From an uncultured Alphaproteobacteria bacterium (lineage in GTDB: Bacteria > Pseudomonadota > Alphaproteobacteria > HIMB59 > GCA-002718135), in NCBI GenBank assembly GCA_902575375.1, contig CACGRD010000001.1, positions 20,691-84,690 of the forward strand: a stretch of DNA of 64,000 nucleotides, given 5' to 3'. A program made the translations under genes and the position numbers. Positions within the stretch are counted from its first letter, which is position 1. Each line of letters begins with the position of its first letter. Below are positions 1 through 9,814 of the stretch, piece by piece. The notes under the pieces are model-generated. The model worked only from the letters and a program-made list of their open reading frames with translations, was not told the origin of the DNA and made no database searches.

Positions 1-366
1 ACAGCAGAAAATATTGTTCAAAAAATAAGAAAAGCAAAAACAGATCCAGAACCACTGCCCGAAAATAAAACTGATTTAGAAAAAAGACCTGAAGCCGAGA
101 ACTTAATTTCCATATTTGCTTCACTAAAAGATACTTCAGTTGAAACTGTCATTAATGAATATTCTGGAAAAGAATTCTCTATTTTTAAGAAGGATTTAGC
201 TGATTTATCTGTCTCAAAATTGGAACCAATTACGAGTGAAATGAATAAACTTATGAATGATATTTCATATATCGATTCTGTTCTAAATACTGGAAAAGAT
301 AATGCAACTTCAGTTGCAGAACCTGTTTTACAAAAAACGAAAGAAATTATTGGTTTTTTGACATAA
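1..366 (+). CDS. trpS: Tryptophanyl-tRNA synthetase, C-terminal part (5' truncated by window)
   Basis: Frame +1 read manually: TAENIVQKIRKAKTDPEPLP...RPEAENLISIF...FKKDLAD...IIGFLT*; typical alphaproteobacterial TrpRS anticodon-binding domain; TAA at 364-366. Confidence 0.9.
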   Translation, partial: TAENIVQKIRKAKTDPEPLPENKTDLEKRPEAENLISIFASLKDTSVETVINEYSGKEFSIFKKDLADLSVSKLEPITSEMNKLMNDISYIDSVLNTGKDNATSVAEPVLQKTKEIIGFLT

Positions 367-439
367 AAACTCCCCAAATTTAATATTTTTTTTTATAAAA
401 TTCATACTAAAGACATATTAATAACTATATATACAGCAT

Positions 440-1003
440 ATGTTTATACAAACTGAACAAACACCTAATCCGCAAACGTTAAAGTTCCTTCCCGGTAAAG
501 TTGTGATGGAAGAGGGAACAGCTTTTTTCCAAAATGTTGAAGAAGGATCAAACTCTCCGTTCGCGAAGCGTTTATTTGAATTAGAGGGTGTGGAAGGCGT
601 ATTTTTTGGCAGTGATTTTATTACTATAACGAAAAACCAATCTTTAGATTGGCAAGTTATGAAGCCATTAATTCTAGGATCTATTATGGATCACTATAAC
701 TCTGGTGATGTAACGATTAATAATCCAAAAAAGAATGATGATACTTCATTAAAGGTCGATGAAAATGACACAGATATTGTCAAGCAGATTAAGGAATTAC
801 TAGATACCAGGGTTAGACCAGCTGTAGCAATGGATGGAGGCGATATTGTTTATGACAGTTTTAAGGACGGAGTTGTCTATCTGCATATGCAAGGCGCATG
901 CTCTGGTTGCCCAAGTTCTACCGCTACACTTAAAATGGGAATAGAAAATATGCTCAAGCATTATGTTCCTGAGGTCCAAGAAGTTAGACCAATTGATGCA
1001 TAA
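440..1003 (+). CDS. nfuA: NfuA/NifU-family Fe-S cluster carrier
   Basis: MFIQTEQTPNP N-terminal domain plus NifU-C motif RVRPAVAMDGGD...GACSGCPSS. Confidence 0.92.
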   Translation: MFIQTEQTPNPQTLKFLPGKVVMEEGTAFFQNVEEGSNSPFAKRLFELEGVEGVFFGSDFITITKNQSLDWQVMKPLILGSIMDHYNSGDVTINNPKKNDDTSLKVDENDTDIVKQIKELLDTRVRPAVAMDGGDIVYDSFKDGVVYLHMQGACSGCPSSTATLKMGIENMLKHYVPEVQEVRPIDA

Positions 1004-1985
1004 ACTTTTTTTATATCCAGTTCTCATCATTGGACTCGTAGCTGCAATTCCAACCATTGCCTTTGAGGAAAAACCATCAACACTAGATGTCAAATACAAA
1101 TTAAATGCAGAGCTAGATGAACTTGTGTTAAATTACTGCAAGACTTATGACTCATACACGATTAACAAACTTTATTCAGAAAAAGATATCCTAAAAAACG
1201 ATATTCTAAATAAATTAAAGAAAAAGAAATTTTTAGTAAATATTAAAACTAAACCCTTAAATCCAAATTCATATTCTGGTATTAAAAATAATGCAAAAGT
1301 TAATTTAGTTACAAATTTATCTGAAGTAGACTTTCTGCATTTAAATGAACAAAAACAACAATTTGTTAAAACAGTTTTACCATTAATCATAAACGAAAAC
1401 CAAAAAATCTTATCAAACAGAAATGATCTAATTGTTTTACGTGATAATCTTGCTGAAAACAATTCACTAAATAATTATGAACTAAATAAATTAAGAAAAA
1501 TTGCTGAAAAATATAAAATAGAATTTGATAACGAGCATAAAATGGAAATTATTGATAAACTTCTTTTAAGAGTCGAAATTATTCCAAATTCTATTGTTTT
1601 AGCTCAAGCTGCAATTGAAAGTGGTTGGGGATCATCTAGATTTGCGAAGGAATACAATGCACTATTTGGTGAATACACATACGATAATACTAAAGGTGTT
1701 GTTCCGCTGGAAAGAGAAAACGGTGAGACGCATTTAATTAAAGCATTTAACTCTTATAATAATAGTGTTGCGTCATATTTTAATAATATTAATTCTCATT
1801 ACGCGTATGAAGATTTTCGTGAAATCCGAAATATAATGAGAGAAAGAAATAATTTCTCAAATGTTCAACTACTTGTTGAAAGATTATCTACTTACGCAGA
1901 AGATGAAAATTATATTAAAACAATTAAACAAGTAATTAAGACTAACAACTTTAGTATTTTTGATCAAAAAATTATTTCTTATTAA
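996..1985 (+). CDS. Bax/FlgJ-like GH73 glucosaminidase (peptidoglycan hydrolase), exported
   Basis: LAQAAIESGWGSSRF...NALFG and YAEDENY motifs; signal-like N-terminus from ATG 996, which overlaps the nfuA stop (ORF track start 963 less likely). Confidence 0.8.
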   Translation: MHKLFLYPVLIIGLVAAIPTIAFEEKPSTLDVKYKLNAELDELVLNYCKTYDSYTINKLYSEKDILKNDILNKLKKKKFLVNIKTKPLNPNSYSGIKNNAKVNLVTNLSEVDFLHLNEQKQQFVKTVLPLIINENQKILSNRNDLIVLRDNLAENNSLNNYELNKLRKIAEKYKIEFDNEHKMEIIDKLLLRVEIIPNSIVLAQAAIESGWGSSRFAKEYNALFGEYTYDNTKGVVPLERENGETHLIKAFNSYNNSVASYFNNINSHYAYEDFREIRNIMRERNNFSNVQLLVERLSTYAEDENYIKTIKQVIKTNNFSIFDQKIISY

Positions 1986-3014
1986 TTAAAAATAGAATTG
2001 GTGCCCAAACCATCTCCAATTTCCATTACTATCTTTAACAGTACAATTCATTCTCGATCTTCCAGGTGATAATTCTCTTGCAAGTCTTATTTCAATCCTT
2101 TCATTAAATTTATAAATTTCTCTATTCACCTGACCTTTGCTATCAAATATAAAACAATCTAGAGATTGAGCTTTCTTTTCATCAAGAAGAGAAAAACCTA
2201 TGAATGGTGGGTTTTGGTTAATTGTTGGATTATTAGGTATAAAGTCATAAACTCCTAAACCCTTGGACGATGCAGCAAACTTAACTCTATCTATTTCTCC
2301 ATATTTTTCATTTAAGGAAAACCTTGGCAGGTAATACATATTTGAAGTTTCATTAATTATTCCAGAATGCTGACCAAATGCAACTTTAAACTTATATTCT
2401 TTTACTAACTCAATAATTTCATCCGTTGTCTCTCCATAAGGAAATGCAAATAAAGTTGGTATTTCTCCAAGCTCTTTTAAAAAAATTTTATTAGATGTTT
2501 CTATTTCATTTCTTACTTCTTCAATACTAATATCTGGCATATGAGCATGTGTATGTGAGTGCGCCCCAATTACCACACCTTCTTCTTTAAGTTTTCTTAT
2601 TTGATCCCAGTTAATATATTTTTGATTATTTGAAATTGTTCCTGTTGTTACAAATAAGGTTACGGGAATATTGTTTTTTTTAAATAAAGGCCATCCAACT
2701 TCTAGAAAAGACTTATCAGCATCATCAACGCTTATACCAATGGTGTTTTCTGGAAGATCTCCGTCATTAAGAATTGTATCAATGATAAAATCTAATGATT
2801 TAATCGTATATTTTTCTTTAGTTAGTTCTTCAATGTGACTGTTAAGTTGATCAATTGTGACACTAGTTGAAGGATATTTTGAAACTCCAAATTTATGATA
2901 CATAAATACTGTAGCTGAATTTTTTACCTCATTTGCAAAAGTTCCACTTACTAATAAAAAAGTTAAAGAAATACTTTTTAAAAATAGTAATAGAATGTAG
3001 TTATGTAATTTCAT
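1986..3014 (-). CDS. Polysaccharide deacetylase (CE4/NodB family), exported
   Basis: MYHKF, ISVDDA, HSHTH and FAFPYGE motifs; N-terminal signal peptide. Confidence 0.88.
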   Translation of the reverse strand: MKLHNYILLLFLKSISLTFLLVSGTFANEVKNSATVFMYHKFGVSKYPSTSVTIDQLNSHIEELTKEKYTIKSLDFIIDTILNDGDLPENTIGISVDDADKSFLEVGWPLFKKNNIPVTLFVTTGTISNNQKYINWDQIRKLKEEGVVIGAHSHTHAHMPDISIEEVRNEIETSNKIFLKELGEIPTLFAFPYGETTDEIIELVKEYKFKVAFGQHSGIINETSNMYYLPRFSLNEKYGEIDRVKFAASSKGLGVYDFIPNNPTINQNPPFIGFSLLDEKKAQSLDCFIFDSKGQVNREIYKFNERIEIRLARELSPGRSRMNCTVKDSNGNWRWFGHQFYF

Positions 3015-3626
3015 ATGTTATTGTTTCTAGATGTTATATCACCATTACCAGAGTTTTGTGTAATTGATGACAATAAAGTAATATTACAGGAGAAAATTAT
3101 TCAAAACGAAACAGATAGGTTAAGTGATAATTTAATTCAATCTTATATAGCAATAGATAAACGTTTTAACTTAACACAAAATCTTAAAAAAATTTCCACA
3201 ACAATTGGTCCTGGATCGTATACAAGTTTAAGAGTTGGTTCAGCATTTATATCAGGTCTTATGATATCTCGTAAAATCCCTTACTATCCACTATCAATTA
3301 CTGACATTCTAAATTTTAATTCAAAAAAAACTTCTAAAAACAATTTAGGAGTATTTATAACATCATCAAATAATCAGCAATTTTTATGTTATAAAAATAA
3401 AGATAACATAATGGAATATAATAAAATTGAAAATAATAAATACTCAATTCCCAAACATATCGAGTTAATTTTTTTTAATAAGACTGAAATTAATGAAAAT
3501 AATAAGTTAGAACAAATTCAGTTTTCTTTTTTTGATGAATTTTATAAAAATTATAATAATCTAATCTTTAAAAAAAATATTATCATTAAACCAATTTATA
3601 TATCAAATAATCAACTGCTAAATTGA
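3015..3626 (+). CDS. tsaB: t6A biosynthesis protein TsaB (divergent)
   Basis: GPGSYTSLRVG motif; position upstream of rimI-miaB. Confidence 0.85.
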   Translation: MLLFLDVISPLPEFCVIDDNKVILQEKIIQNETDRLSDNLIQSYIAIDKRFNLTQNLKKISTTIGPGSYTSLRVGSAFISGLMISRKIPYYPLSITDILNFNSKKTSKNNLGVFITSSNNQQFLCYKNKDNIMEYNKIENNKYSIPKHIELIFFNKTEINENNKLEQIQFSFFDEFYKNYNNLIFKKNIIIKPIYISNNQLLN

Positions 3627-4102
3627 ACAGTATTAGTCTAATAAATAAAAAGGAGCTATCTTCAGTCATTAAGTTTATGAATGATAATATTGATGAATAT
3701 AGTTATTTTAAAAAGATAGGATGGAGTCTAAAAAATATTGAAAGTCAATTTAACAAAGTTAATAATTATTCTCTTGGATATTTTAAGGCTAATAACCTAG
3801 TAGGATTTTTAATTGGTGATGCAATTAAAAATGATAAAGATTACGAATTAGAATTACATATTTTACTTGTATCAAAAGACCAAAGAAGAAAACAAATTGC
3901 GACTAAATTATTAAATTATGTTGAAACAAATATAATTAATTTTTCACAGATTTTCATTGAGGTTGCTGAAGATAATTTAGATGCGATAAGTTTTTATAAA
4001 AAAAACAACTTTGTTTTTTTAAATTTTAGACATAATTATTATAGATATAATGATAAAAATGTTCATGCTAAATGCTTTATAAAAAAAATTAATCATGAGT
4101 GA
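3623..4102 (+). CDS. rimI: RimI-like GNAT acetyltransferase
   Basis: RRKQIATKLL, IEVAEDNLDAISFY and RHNYY motifs; tsaB-rimI-miaB synteny; TTG start in TTGA overlap. Confidence 0.8.
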   Translation: MNSISLINKKELSSVIKFMNDNIDEYSYFKKIGWSLKNIESQFNKVNNYSLGYFKANNLVGFLIGDAIKNDKDYELELHILLVSKDQRRKQIATKLLNYVETNIINFSQIFIEVAEDNLDAISFYKKNNFVFLNFRHNYYRYNDKNVHAKCFIKKINHE

Positions 4103-5399
4103 TAAATATATTTATATAAAATCATATGGTTGTCAGATGAATGTATATGACAGCAATCGTATTAAAGATTTATTTTCAAATAAAGGATACAAGGTAACTG
4201 ATGATATCTCAAAGGCAGATTTAACTGTTTTGAACACGTGTCATATTAGAGAAAAGGCAGTTGAGAAAGTTTACTCTGATATTGGTAGGGTTAAAAAAAT
4301 TAAAGATAAAAAACAAAACATGAAATTAGTAGTTGCCGGTTGTGTAGCTCAAGCAGAGGGTCTCGAGATAAAAAAAAGATCACCGTCAGTTGATTATGTT
4401 GTAGGACCACAATCTTATCACAAACTTCCTAATATGATCGATAGAGTGGACGAAGTAGAAAATAGTGAATTTTTACAAAATGAAAAATTTAAAAACTTAA
4501 TTTTTAACTCTTCAAATTTATCATCTGAATTTTTATCTATTCAAGAAGGATGTGATAAATTCTGTTCTTTCTGTGTAGTGCCATACACCAGGGGGCCAGA
4601 ATTTTCTAGACCAGTTAATGATATTGTAGAAGAGACAAAAAAATATGTTTCAAATGGAATTAAAGAAATAATTTTACTAGGTCAAAATGTTAATGCCTAT
4701 CATGGTATTGCCTCTGATGGAAAATCAAAGGATCTTGCTTATTTGATTAATAAAATAGGTGAAATTGAAGAAATTAAGAGAATTAGATATATGACATCTC
4801 ATCCAATAGATATGAAAGATTCTCTAATTAATGCGCATGCCGACAATACAAAACTAATGCCATTTCTTCATCTACCTATTCAATCTGGCTCCGATAAAAT
4901 TTTAAAAAAAATGAATAGAAAACATACAGTTGAAGATTATTTAAAAATTGTAGAAAAAATAAGAAATGCCCGCCCTGATATCGCTCTTTCATCAGATTTT
5001 ATCGTTGGCTTTCCTGGAGAGACAGATAAAGATTTTGAAGATACAATGAAATTTATTGAAAAAGTTAATTTTGTTATTGCTTACTCATTTATTTATAGTC
5101 CGAGACCAGGAACACCTGCTCAAAATAAAGATAATATTAATATATTAGATAAAAAAGCACGTTTAAGTGCATTGCAATCTTTACTTACACAACAACAAAT
5201 AAATTTTAATAAGTCATTTGTTAATAAAGGTATGGAAGTATTATTTGAAAAAATTGGTAGACATAAAGACCAATTTATAGGCCGTACAATTTATAATCAA
5301 AGTACATTTGTTAATTCCAAAAAAGATTTACTAAATCAAATTATGAATGTTAAAATTATAAACTCAACTAATTTTGCTCTTGAATGTCAGATACATTAA
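4095..5399 (+). CDS. miaB: tRNA-i6A37 methylthiotransferase MiaB
   Basis: SYGCQMNVYDS, NTCHIREKA, radical SAM CDKFCSFC. Confidence 0.97.
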   Translation: MSDKYIYIKSYGCQMNVYDSNRIKDLFSNKGYKVTDDISKADLTVLNTCHIREKAVEKVYSDIGRVKKIKDKKQNMKLVVAGCVAQAEGLEIKKRSPSVDYVVGPQSYHKLPNMIDRVDEVENSEFLQNEKFKNLIFNSSNLSSEFLSIQEGCDKFCSFCVVPYTRGPEFSRPVNDIVEETKKYVSNGIKEIILLGQNVNAYHGIASDGKSKDLAYLINKIGEIEEIKRIRYMTSHPIDMKDSLINAHADNTKLMPFLHLPIQSGSDKILKKMNRKHTVEDYLKIVEKIRNARPDIALSSDFIVGFPGETDKDFEDTMKFIEKVNFVIAYSFIYSPRPGTPAQNKDNINILDKKARLSALQSLLTQQQINFNKSFVNKGMEVLFEKIGRHKDQFIGRTIYNQSTFVNSKKDLLNQIMNVKIINSTNFALECQIH

Positions 5400-6343
5400 A
5401 TAAGAACGAAAATCTGGAATTAGAATTAGATGATAATACAATTTTAAGTAATTTATTTGGAATTAATGATAGAAATTTATCTCTTATAGAGCAGATTAAT
5501 CAAGTTAAAATTCAATATCGAGGAAATAAAATTAAAATTTCAGGTAATAAGAAATCAATTTTTGAAACTAAAAAAACTATTCTTAATTTATTTAAAGAAG
5601 CACAAAATGGTGCTGAAATAGATGAGGATAGAATAAGGGATAATAAAAGTTTAATATCTATGAATATAAAATCAGACAAACAGATGGATCTATTTATTCA
5701 AACTAAAAAAAGGAAAATTATACCAAGAACTGAGATACAAAATAAATACCTTCAATTACTAAATACTAAAAATATTACATTTGCTATTGGACCAGCCGGA
5801 ACTGGAAAAACTTATATGGCTGTTGCGAAAGCTGTTTCGGCCCTTCAAGATGGAAAAGTAAATAAAATTGTTTTATCCAGACCAGCTGTTGAAGCTGGTG
5901 AAAAATTAGGTTTTCTTCCAGGGGATTTAAAAGAAAAAGTAGATCCTTTTTTAAGACCTATATACGATGCTTTATATTCAATGCTTCCCTATGAACAAGT
6001 GGAAAAAAAATTACTTAATAACACAATTGAAATAGCACCTATCGCATTTATGAGAGGAAGAACTCTTGAAGATTGTTTTATAATTCTAGATGAGGCTCAA
6101 AATACAACAAAAACTCAAATGAAAATGTTTTTAACAAGACTAGGTAAAAATAGTCAAATGGTAGTTGTAGGTGATATTACGCAGATCGATCTTGTAAGTG
6201 AAAAAGATTCAGGACTTAAAGATGCTTTAAAAAAATTAAAGAAAGTAAATGACATAGGTTTTATTGAATTATCAGAAAAAGATGTCGTTCGACATGATTT
6301 AGTAAAAAAAATTATTAATGCATATGAAAAATATAAAAGTTGA
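5384..6343 (+). CDS. phoH: PhoH-like ATPase (YbeZ)
   Basis: GPAGTGKT, RPAVEAGEKLGFLPGD, FMRGRT, DEAQN. Confidence 0.95.
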   Translation: MSDTLNKNENLELELDDNTILSNLFGINDRNLSLIEQINQVKIQYRGNKIKISGNKKSIFETKKTILNLFKEAQNGAEIDEDRIRDNKSLISMNIKSDKQMDLFIQTKKRKIIPRTEIQNKYLQLLNTKNITFAIGPAGTGKTYMAVAKAVSALQDGKVNKIVLSRPAVEAGEKLGFLPGDLKEKVDPFLRPIYDALYSMLPYEQVEKKLLNNTIEIAPIAFMRGRTLEDCFIILDEAQNTTKTQMKMFLTRLGKNSQMVVVGDITQIDLVSEKDSGLKDALKKLKKVNDIGFIELSEKDVVRHDLVKKIINAYEKYKS

Positions 6344-6797
6344 TTTTTTTTCTGAATCAAAAAAATGGCCAAGACGAATGCCAAAAATTAAAACTATTAC
6401 TAACAAAACTATAAATATGATGCTATCTTATTTTAAAAAAGATTATAAATTAGAATTAAACATAATTTTAACAAATAAATCAAAAATGATAAAACTTAAC
6501 AAAATCTATAAAAATAAACAATCAGACACAGATGTTCTTACTTTTATTTCTAAGATTTCAAATAAAAATGTTGGAAAAATTTTATATTGTGATATTTTTT
6601 TTTCAATTGATACTATTGAAAAATTTATACGTAGGAATAAAATTAGCATATATGATCATTTTAACCATTTACTGATCCATAGTTTATTACATATTAATGG
6701 ATATGATCACAAAAAGAATTTAGATTTTAAGAAAATGAAAAAAGAGGAGATAAAAATTTTAGGATCAATTGGTATTAATGATCCCTACACAATTTGA
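6318..6797 (+). CDS. ybeY: rRNA maturation endoribonuclease YbeY
   Basis: TDVLTF and HSLLHINGYDH (HxxxHxxGxDH); start may be ATG 6324. Confidence 0.92.
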   Translation: MHMKNIKVDFFSESKKWPRRMPKIKTITNKTINMMLSYFKKDYKLELNIILTNKSKMIKLNKIYKNKQSDTDVLTFISKISNKNVGKILYCDIFFSIDTIEKFIRRNKISIYDHFNHLLIHSLLHINGYDHKKNLDFKKMKKEEIKILGSIGINDPYTI

Positions 6798-7645
6798 TGA
6801 ACACAAATAACGCTGATAAAACATCCAGTTGGAAAAATTGGATAATCAAAAAATTACTATCTAATGATTCAACAAAAGAAGATATCTTAAATTTTATCGC
6901 CAACGATGAAGACGATAAAAATCTTGAAGATCTTAATGATAATAATGAAAAAAATCTAATCAAAAACATCGTAAATTTGAATGAAAAAAGTGTTGAAGAT
7001 TTAATGATACCAAGAAGTGAAATAATAGCTCTAGATAATGACAAATCTTATAATGAAATTTTAGAACTCATTAAAGAAGAGGGGCATTCTAGATTTCCAG
7101 TATATAAAAAAAATATGGACAATGTAATCGGCTTCTTTCATATAAAAGATTTTATTAAATCATCACAAGACACTTTTCAAATGAACGAAATTATAAGAGA
7201 TGTTTTATATGTTGCGCCAAAATCACCAATTTTAGATTTACTAAAAACAATGAGATCATCTAGGATTCATATAGGACTTGTTGTTGATGGAGTTGGAGGT
7301 GTAGACGGATTGGTTACGATAGAAGATTTAGTTGAAGAAATTGTTGGAGAGATTGAAGATGAGCATGATGCTGAGGATGAGGAAGAATTAGTTTTTAAAA
7401 AATCAATTAATTCAATAACCGTAGATGCTAGTTATAGAGTAGAAGATTTAGAGGAATATTTTGCTATTAATATACCTAGAAATGAGGATGATGAAACTTC
7501 TTCTGTAGGCGGTCTAGTATATGAAAAAATAAATAGGATACCAAAAAACAATGAAATAATTGATTTTAATGATGAACTTAGGATTAAGATTATTAAATCA
7601 AACAATAGAAAAATTGAAATAGTTGAAGTAAATAAAAATAATTGA
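6794..7645 (+). CDS. corC: CBS-domain Mg/Co transport protein CorC/TlyC
   Basis: MIPRSEI, HSRFPVY, GLVTIEDLVEEIVGEIEDEHD. Confidence 0.9.
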   Translation: MMNTNNADKTSSWKNWIIKKLLSNDSTKEDILNFIANDEDDKNLEDLNDNNEKNLIKNIVNLNEKSVEDLMIPRSEIIALDNDKSYNEILELIKEEGHSRFPVYKKNMDNVIGFFHIKDFIKSSQDTFQMNEIIRDVLYVAPKSPILDLLKTMRSSRIHIGLVVDGVGGVDGLVTIEDLVEEIVGEIEDEHDAEDEEELVFKKSINSITVDASYRVEDLEEYFAINIPRNEDDETSSVGGLVYEKINRIPKNNEIIDFNDELRIKIIKSNNRKIEIVEVNKNN

Positions 7646-9096
7646 TTACTTTAATTTATTTAGCATTAGGACTTCTAACATCACTTTTATTTCCTCCATA
7701 TTTCTTCTTTCCGTTAGGTTTTATAATCTTCCCGTCTCTGTGTCTGTTATTAGATTCAAATAGAAAAAATAACAGTAATTTAAATATATTTAATAATTTG
7801 TCATTTTTCGGCTTTGGTTTTTTTATAAATTATTTATTTTGGCTTAAAAATCCCTTTTTTGTTTTTGAAGAAACAAAAATTTTTTTCCTAGTTTTTCTAT
7901 TATTAATAATCTTATTATCTTTAATTTTAAGCTTAATATTTACAATAATTTCAAGTTTAGGAAAAAAAATTCCAATATTTTTTTTGATTCCATTTATGTT
8001 TACTATTACTGAATATATAATTTCAATTATTTTTTATGGATTCCCCTGGTTTACATTTTCTTTGGTTATTTCTAGTAATGAATATCTACTTATTTCATTA
8101 AAATCTTTTGGAACATTAATCTCAAGTTATTTAATAATTCAAATATTCTGCTTACCTTTTATTTTTATTACTAAAGTAAATCTAAAAAAAGAAGTGAGAT
8201 ATTTTTCATTTTTTATTGCTTTACCAATAATTATTCTATTGATCTTAAATGTTAATTTTAAAAATGATAACTTAAAAACCAAAACTATAGATTTAGAAAT
8301 TTTTCAATTAAATTTTAAAAATAATGATAAATCTTTTGTACCAGAAAAAAAACTAAATATAATAATAAATAATATTCAAAAAAGTACTGCAGATTTGCTA
8401 ATATTTGGTGAAAATAATTTGCCTTATCTTTTGGACAATCTTAATCTAAAAATCTTAAAAGATTCTTTAAAAGAAAATCAAGTATTGATTATTGGTGCTA
8501 CAAGATTTGAGAACAATAAATATTACAATAGTCTAATCAGTATTACCAAATCAAAAGTAAATTACTTTGATAAAAAGATACTTGTTCCTTTTGGGGAATT
8601 CTTACCCCTAAGAGATTCGCTTAATTTTTTAGAGAGAATAGTTGGTCCAAATAATTTTTCAAGTGGTAATCAGCAGAGATTAATTAATTTACCAAATAAT
8701 ATAAGTTTTATCCCTGTAATTTGCTATGAGATAGTTTTTTATTGGAAACTCTTAAATAATTTAAATTACAATAGTAATTTTATTATAAATATAACAAATG
8801 ATTTTTGGTTTGGTAAATACATAGGTCCATATCAGCATTTCTATTTAACTAAAATTAGAGCTGCAGAGTTTAATAAACCAATAATACGTGTATCTAATAA
8901 TGGGATATCTGCTGTAATAAATAATAAAGGTAGTATAATAAAAAACACTGAACTAAATAATACTGAAAAATTTAAATATAAATTATATCTTCAAGATAAT
9001 ATTAATTTTTTTAATTTACATTTAATACTTAAAATTTATTTTTTAATTATTTTTCTTTTATTTACTTTATATTATTTAAGAAAAAATGTTGAGTAG
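7642..9096 (+). CDS. lnt: Apolipoprotein N-acyltransferase
   Basis: Multi-TM N-terminus; catalytic E/K/C in GENN, KKILVPFGE and ICYE; GFPW. Confidence 0.93.
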   Translation: MITLIYLALGLLTSLLFPPYFFFPLGFIIFPSLCLLLDSNRKNNSNLNIFNNLSFFGFGFFINYLFWLKNPFFVFEETKIFFLVFLLLIILLSLILSLIFTIISSLGKKIPIFFLIPFMFTITEYIISIIFYGFPWFTFSLVISSNEYLLISLKSFGTLISSYLIIQIFCLPFIFITKVNLKKEVRYFSFFIALPIIILLILNVNFKNDNLKTKTIDLEIFQLNFKNNDKSFVPEKKLNIIINNIQKSTADLLIFGENNLPYLLDNLNLKILKDSLKENQVLIIGATRFENNKYYNSLISITKSKVNYFDKKILVPFGEFLPLRDSLNFLERIVGPNNFSSGNQQRLINLPNNISFIPVICYEIVFYWKLLNNLNYNSNFIINITNDFWFGKYIGPYQHFYLTKIRAAEFNKPIIRVSNNGISAVINNKGSIIKNTELNNTEKFKYKLYLQDNINFFNLHLILKIYFLIIFLLFTLYYLRKNVE

Positions 9097-9742
9097 CAAT
9101 TATTCAAATCGGTTATTTGGAAGGACAAGAGGAAGAAGCAAGAAAAAAATTAATTTAAAAAAATATTATGAAACGGTAGATAAATACAAGTTTCAACATT
9201 TTAATGAAGAAACAGAATACATCTTGGATATAGGTACCGGTTATGGTGAAACCAGTATATTTCTTGCAAAGCAATTCCCAGATAAAGTTATTATATCTTG
9301 TGAAAAATATATTGATGGAAATATAATCTTACTTAAAAATATTGAAAACAATAAGATAAAAAATATTCTATTACATAATGGAAATGTTTATGAAGTTTTA
9401 GAAAGAGCTAATAAAAAATATTTTAAACTTGTATGGATATTTTTTCCTGATCCTTGGCCAAAAAATAGACATGCTAAGCGCAGATTGATAACTAGTGATT
9501 TTTTAATAAAACTTCATAAAATTTTAAAGGAAAATAGTGAGATACTAATAGCTACAGATTCAAAAATTTATCTAAGATTTATTCTAAATTCAATTTATAA
9601 TTGTAAGGAGTTTTTTCTCTGGTTGAACCAATCAAAAATGAATTTACACATAAAGGATTATTACGATATTGAGACAAAATATTATAAAAAAGCAATTAAT
9701 TCTCAAAGAAAACCATCTTTATTCATTTTGAGAAAAATATAA
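9086..9742 (+). CDS. trmB: tRNA (guanine-N7)-methyltransferase
   Basis: LDIGTGYGE, FFPDPWPKNRHAKRR, ATD. Confidence 0.93.
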   Translation: MLSSNYSNRLFGRTRGRSKKKINLKKYYETVDKYKFQHFNEETEYILDIGTGYGETSIFLAKQFPDKVIISCEKYIDGNIILLKNIENNKIKNILLHNGNVYEVLERANKKYFKLVWIFFPDPWPKNRHAKRRLITSDFLIKLHKILKENSEILIATDSKIYLRFILNSIYNCKEFFLWLNQSKMNLHIKDYYDIETKYYKKAINSQRKPSLFILRKI

Positions 9743-9744
9743 GC

Positions 9745-9772
9745 TTGAAATTCCGTAAAATATTAATATACG
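9745..9772 (+). promoter_or_regulatory. Putative sigma70 promoter of the nusA operon
   Basis: TTGAAA (9745-9750)-N16-TATACG (9767-9772), just upstream of the hairpin. Confidence 0.4.
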
Positions 9773-9782
9773 CACTATTATT

Positions 9783-9808
9783 AAGGTGGGTTATCCCACC
9801 TTTTTTTT
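9783..9808 (+). terminator. Intrinsic terminator/attenuator before nusA (rimP-leader-like)
   Basis: AAGGTGGG-TTAT-CCCACCTT perfect 8-bp stem with T8 (9801-9808) overlapping its base, ending 6 nt before the nusA ATG. Confidence 0.8.
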
Positions 9809-9814
9809 ATAATT

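Noticed and set aside
18-377. 119-aa minus-strand ORF from the track
   Set aside because: Antisense shadow of the trpS 3' end, which reads cleanly in frame +1.
9808-9813. TATAAT immediately before the nusA ATG as a promoter
   Set aside because: Only 1 nt from the start codon, too close to yield a transcript containing the ATG.
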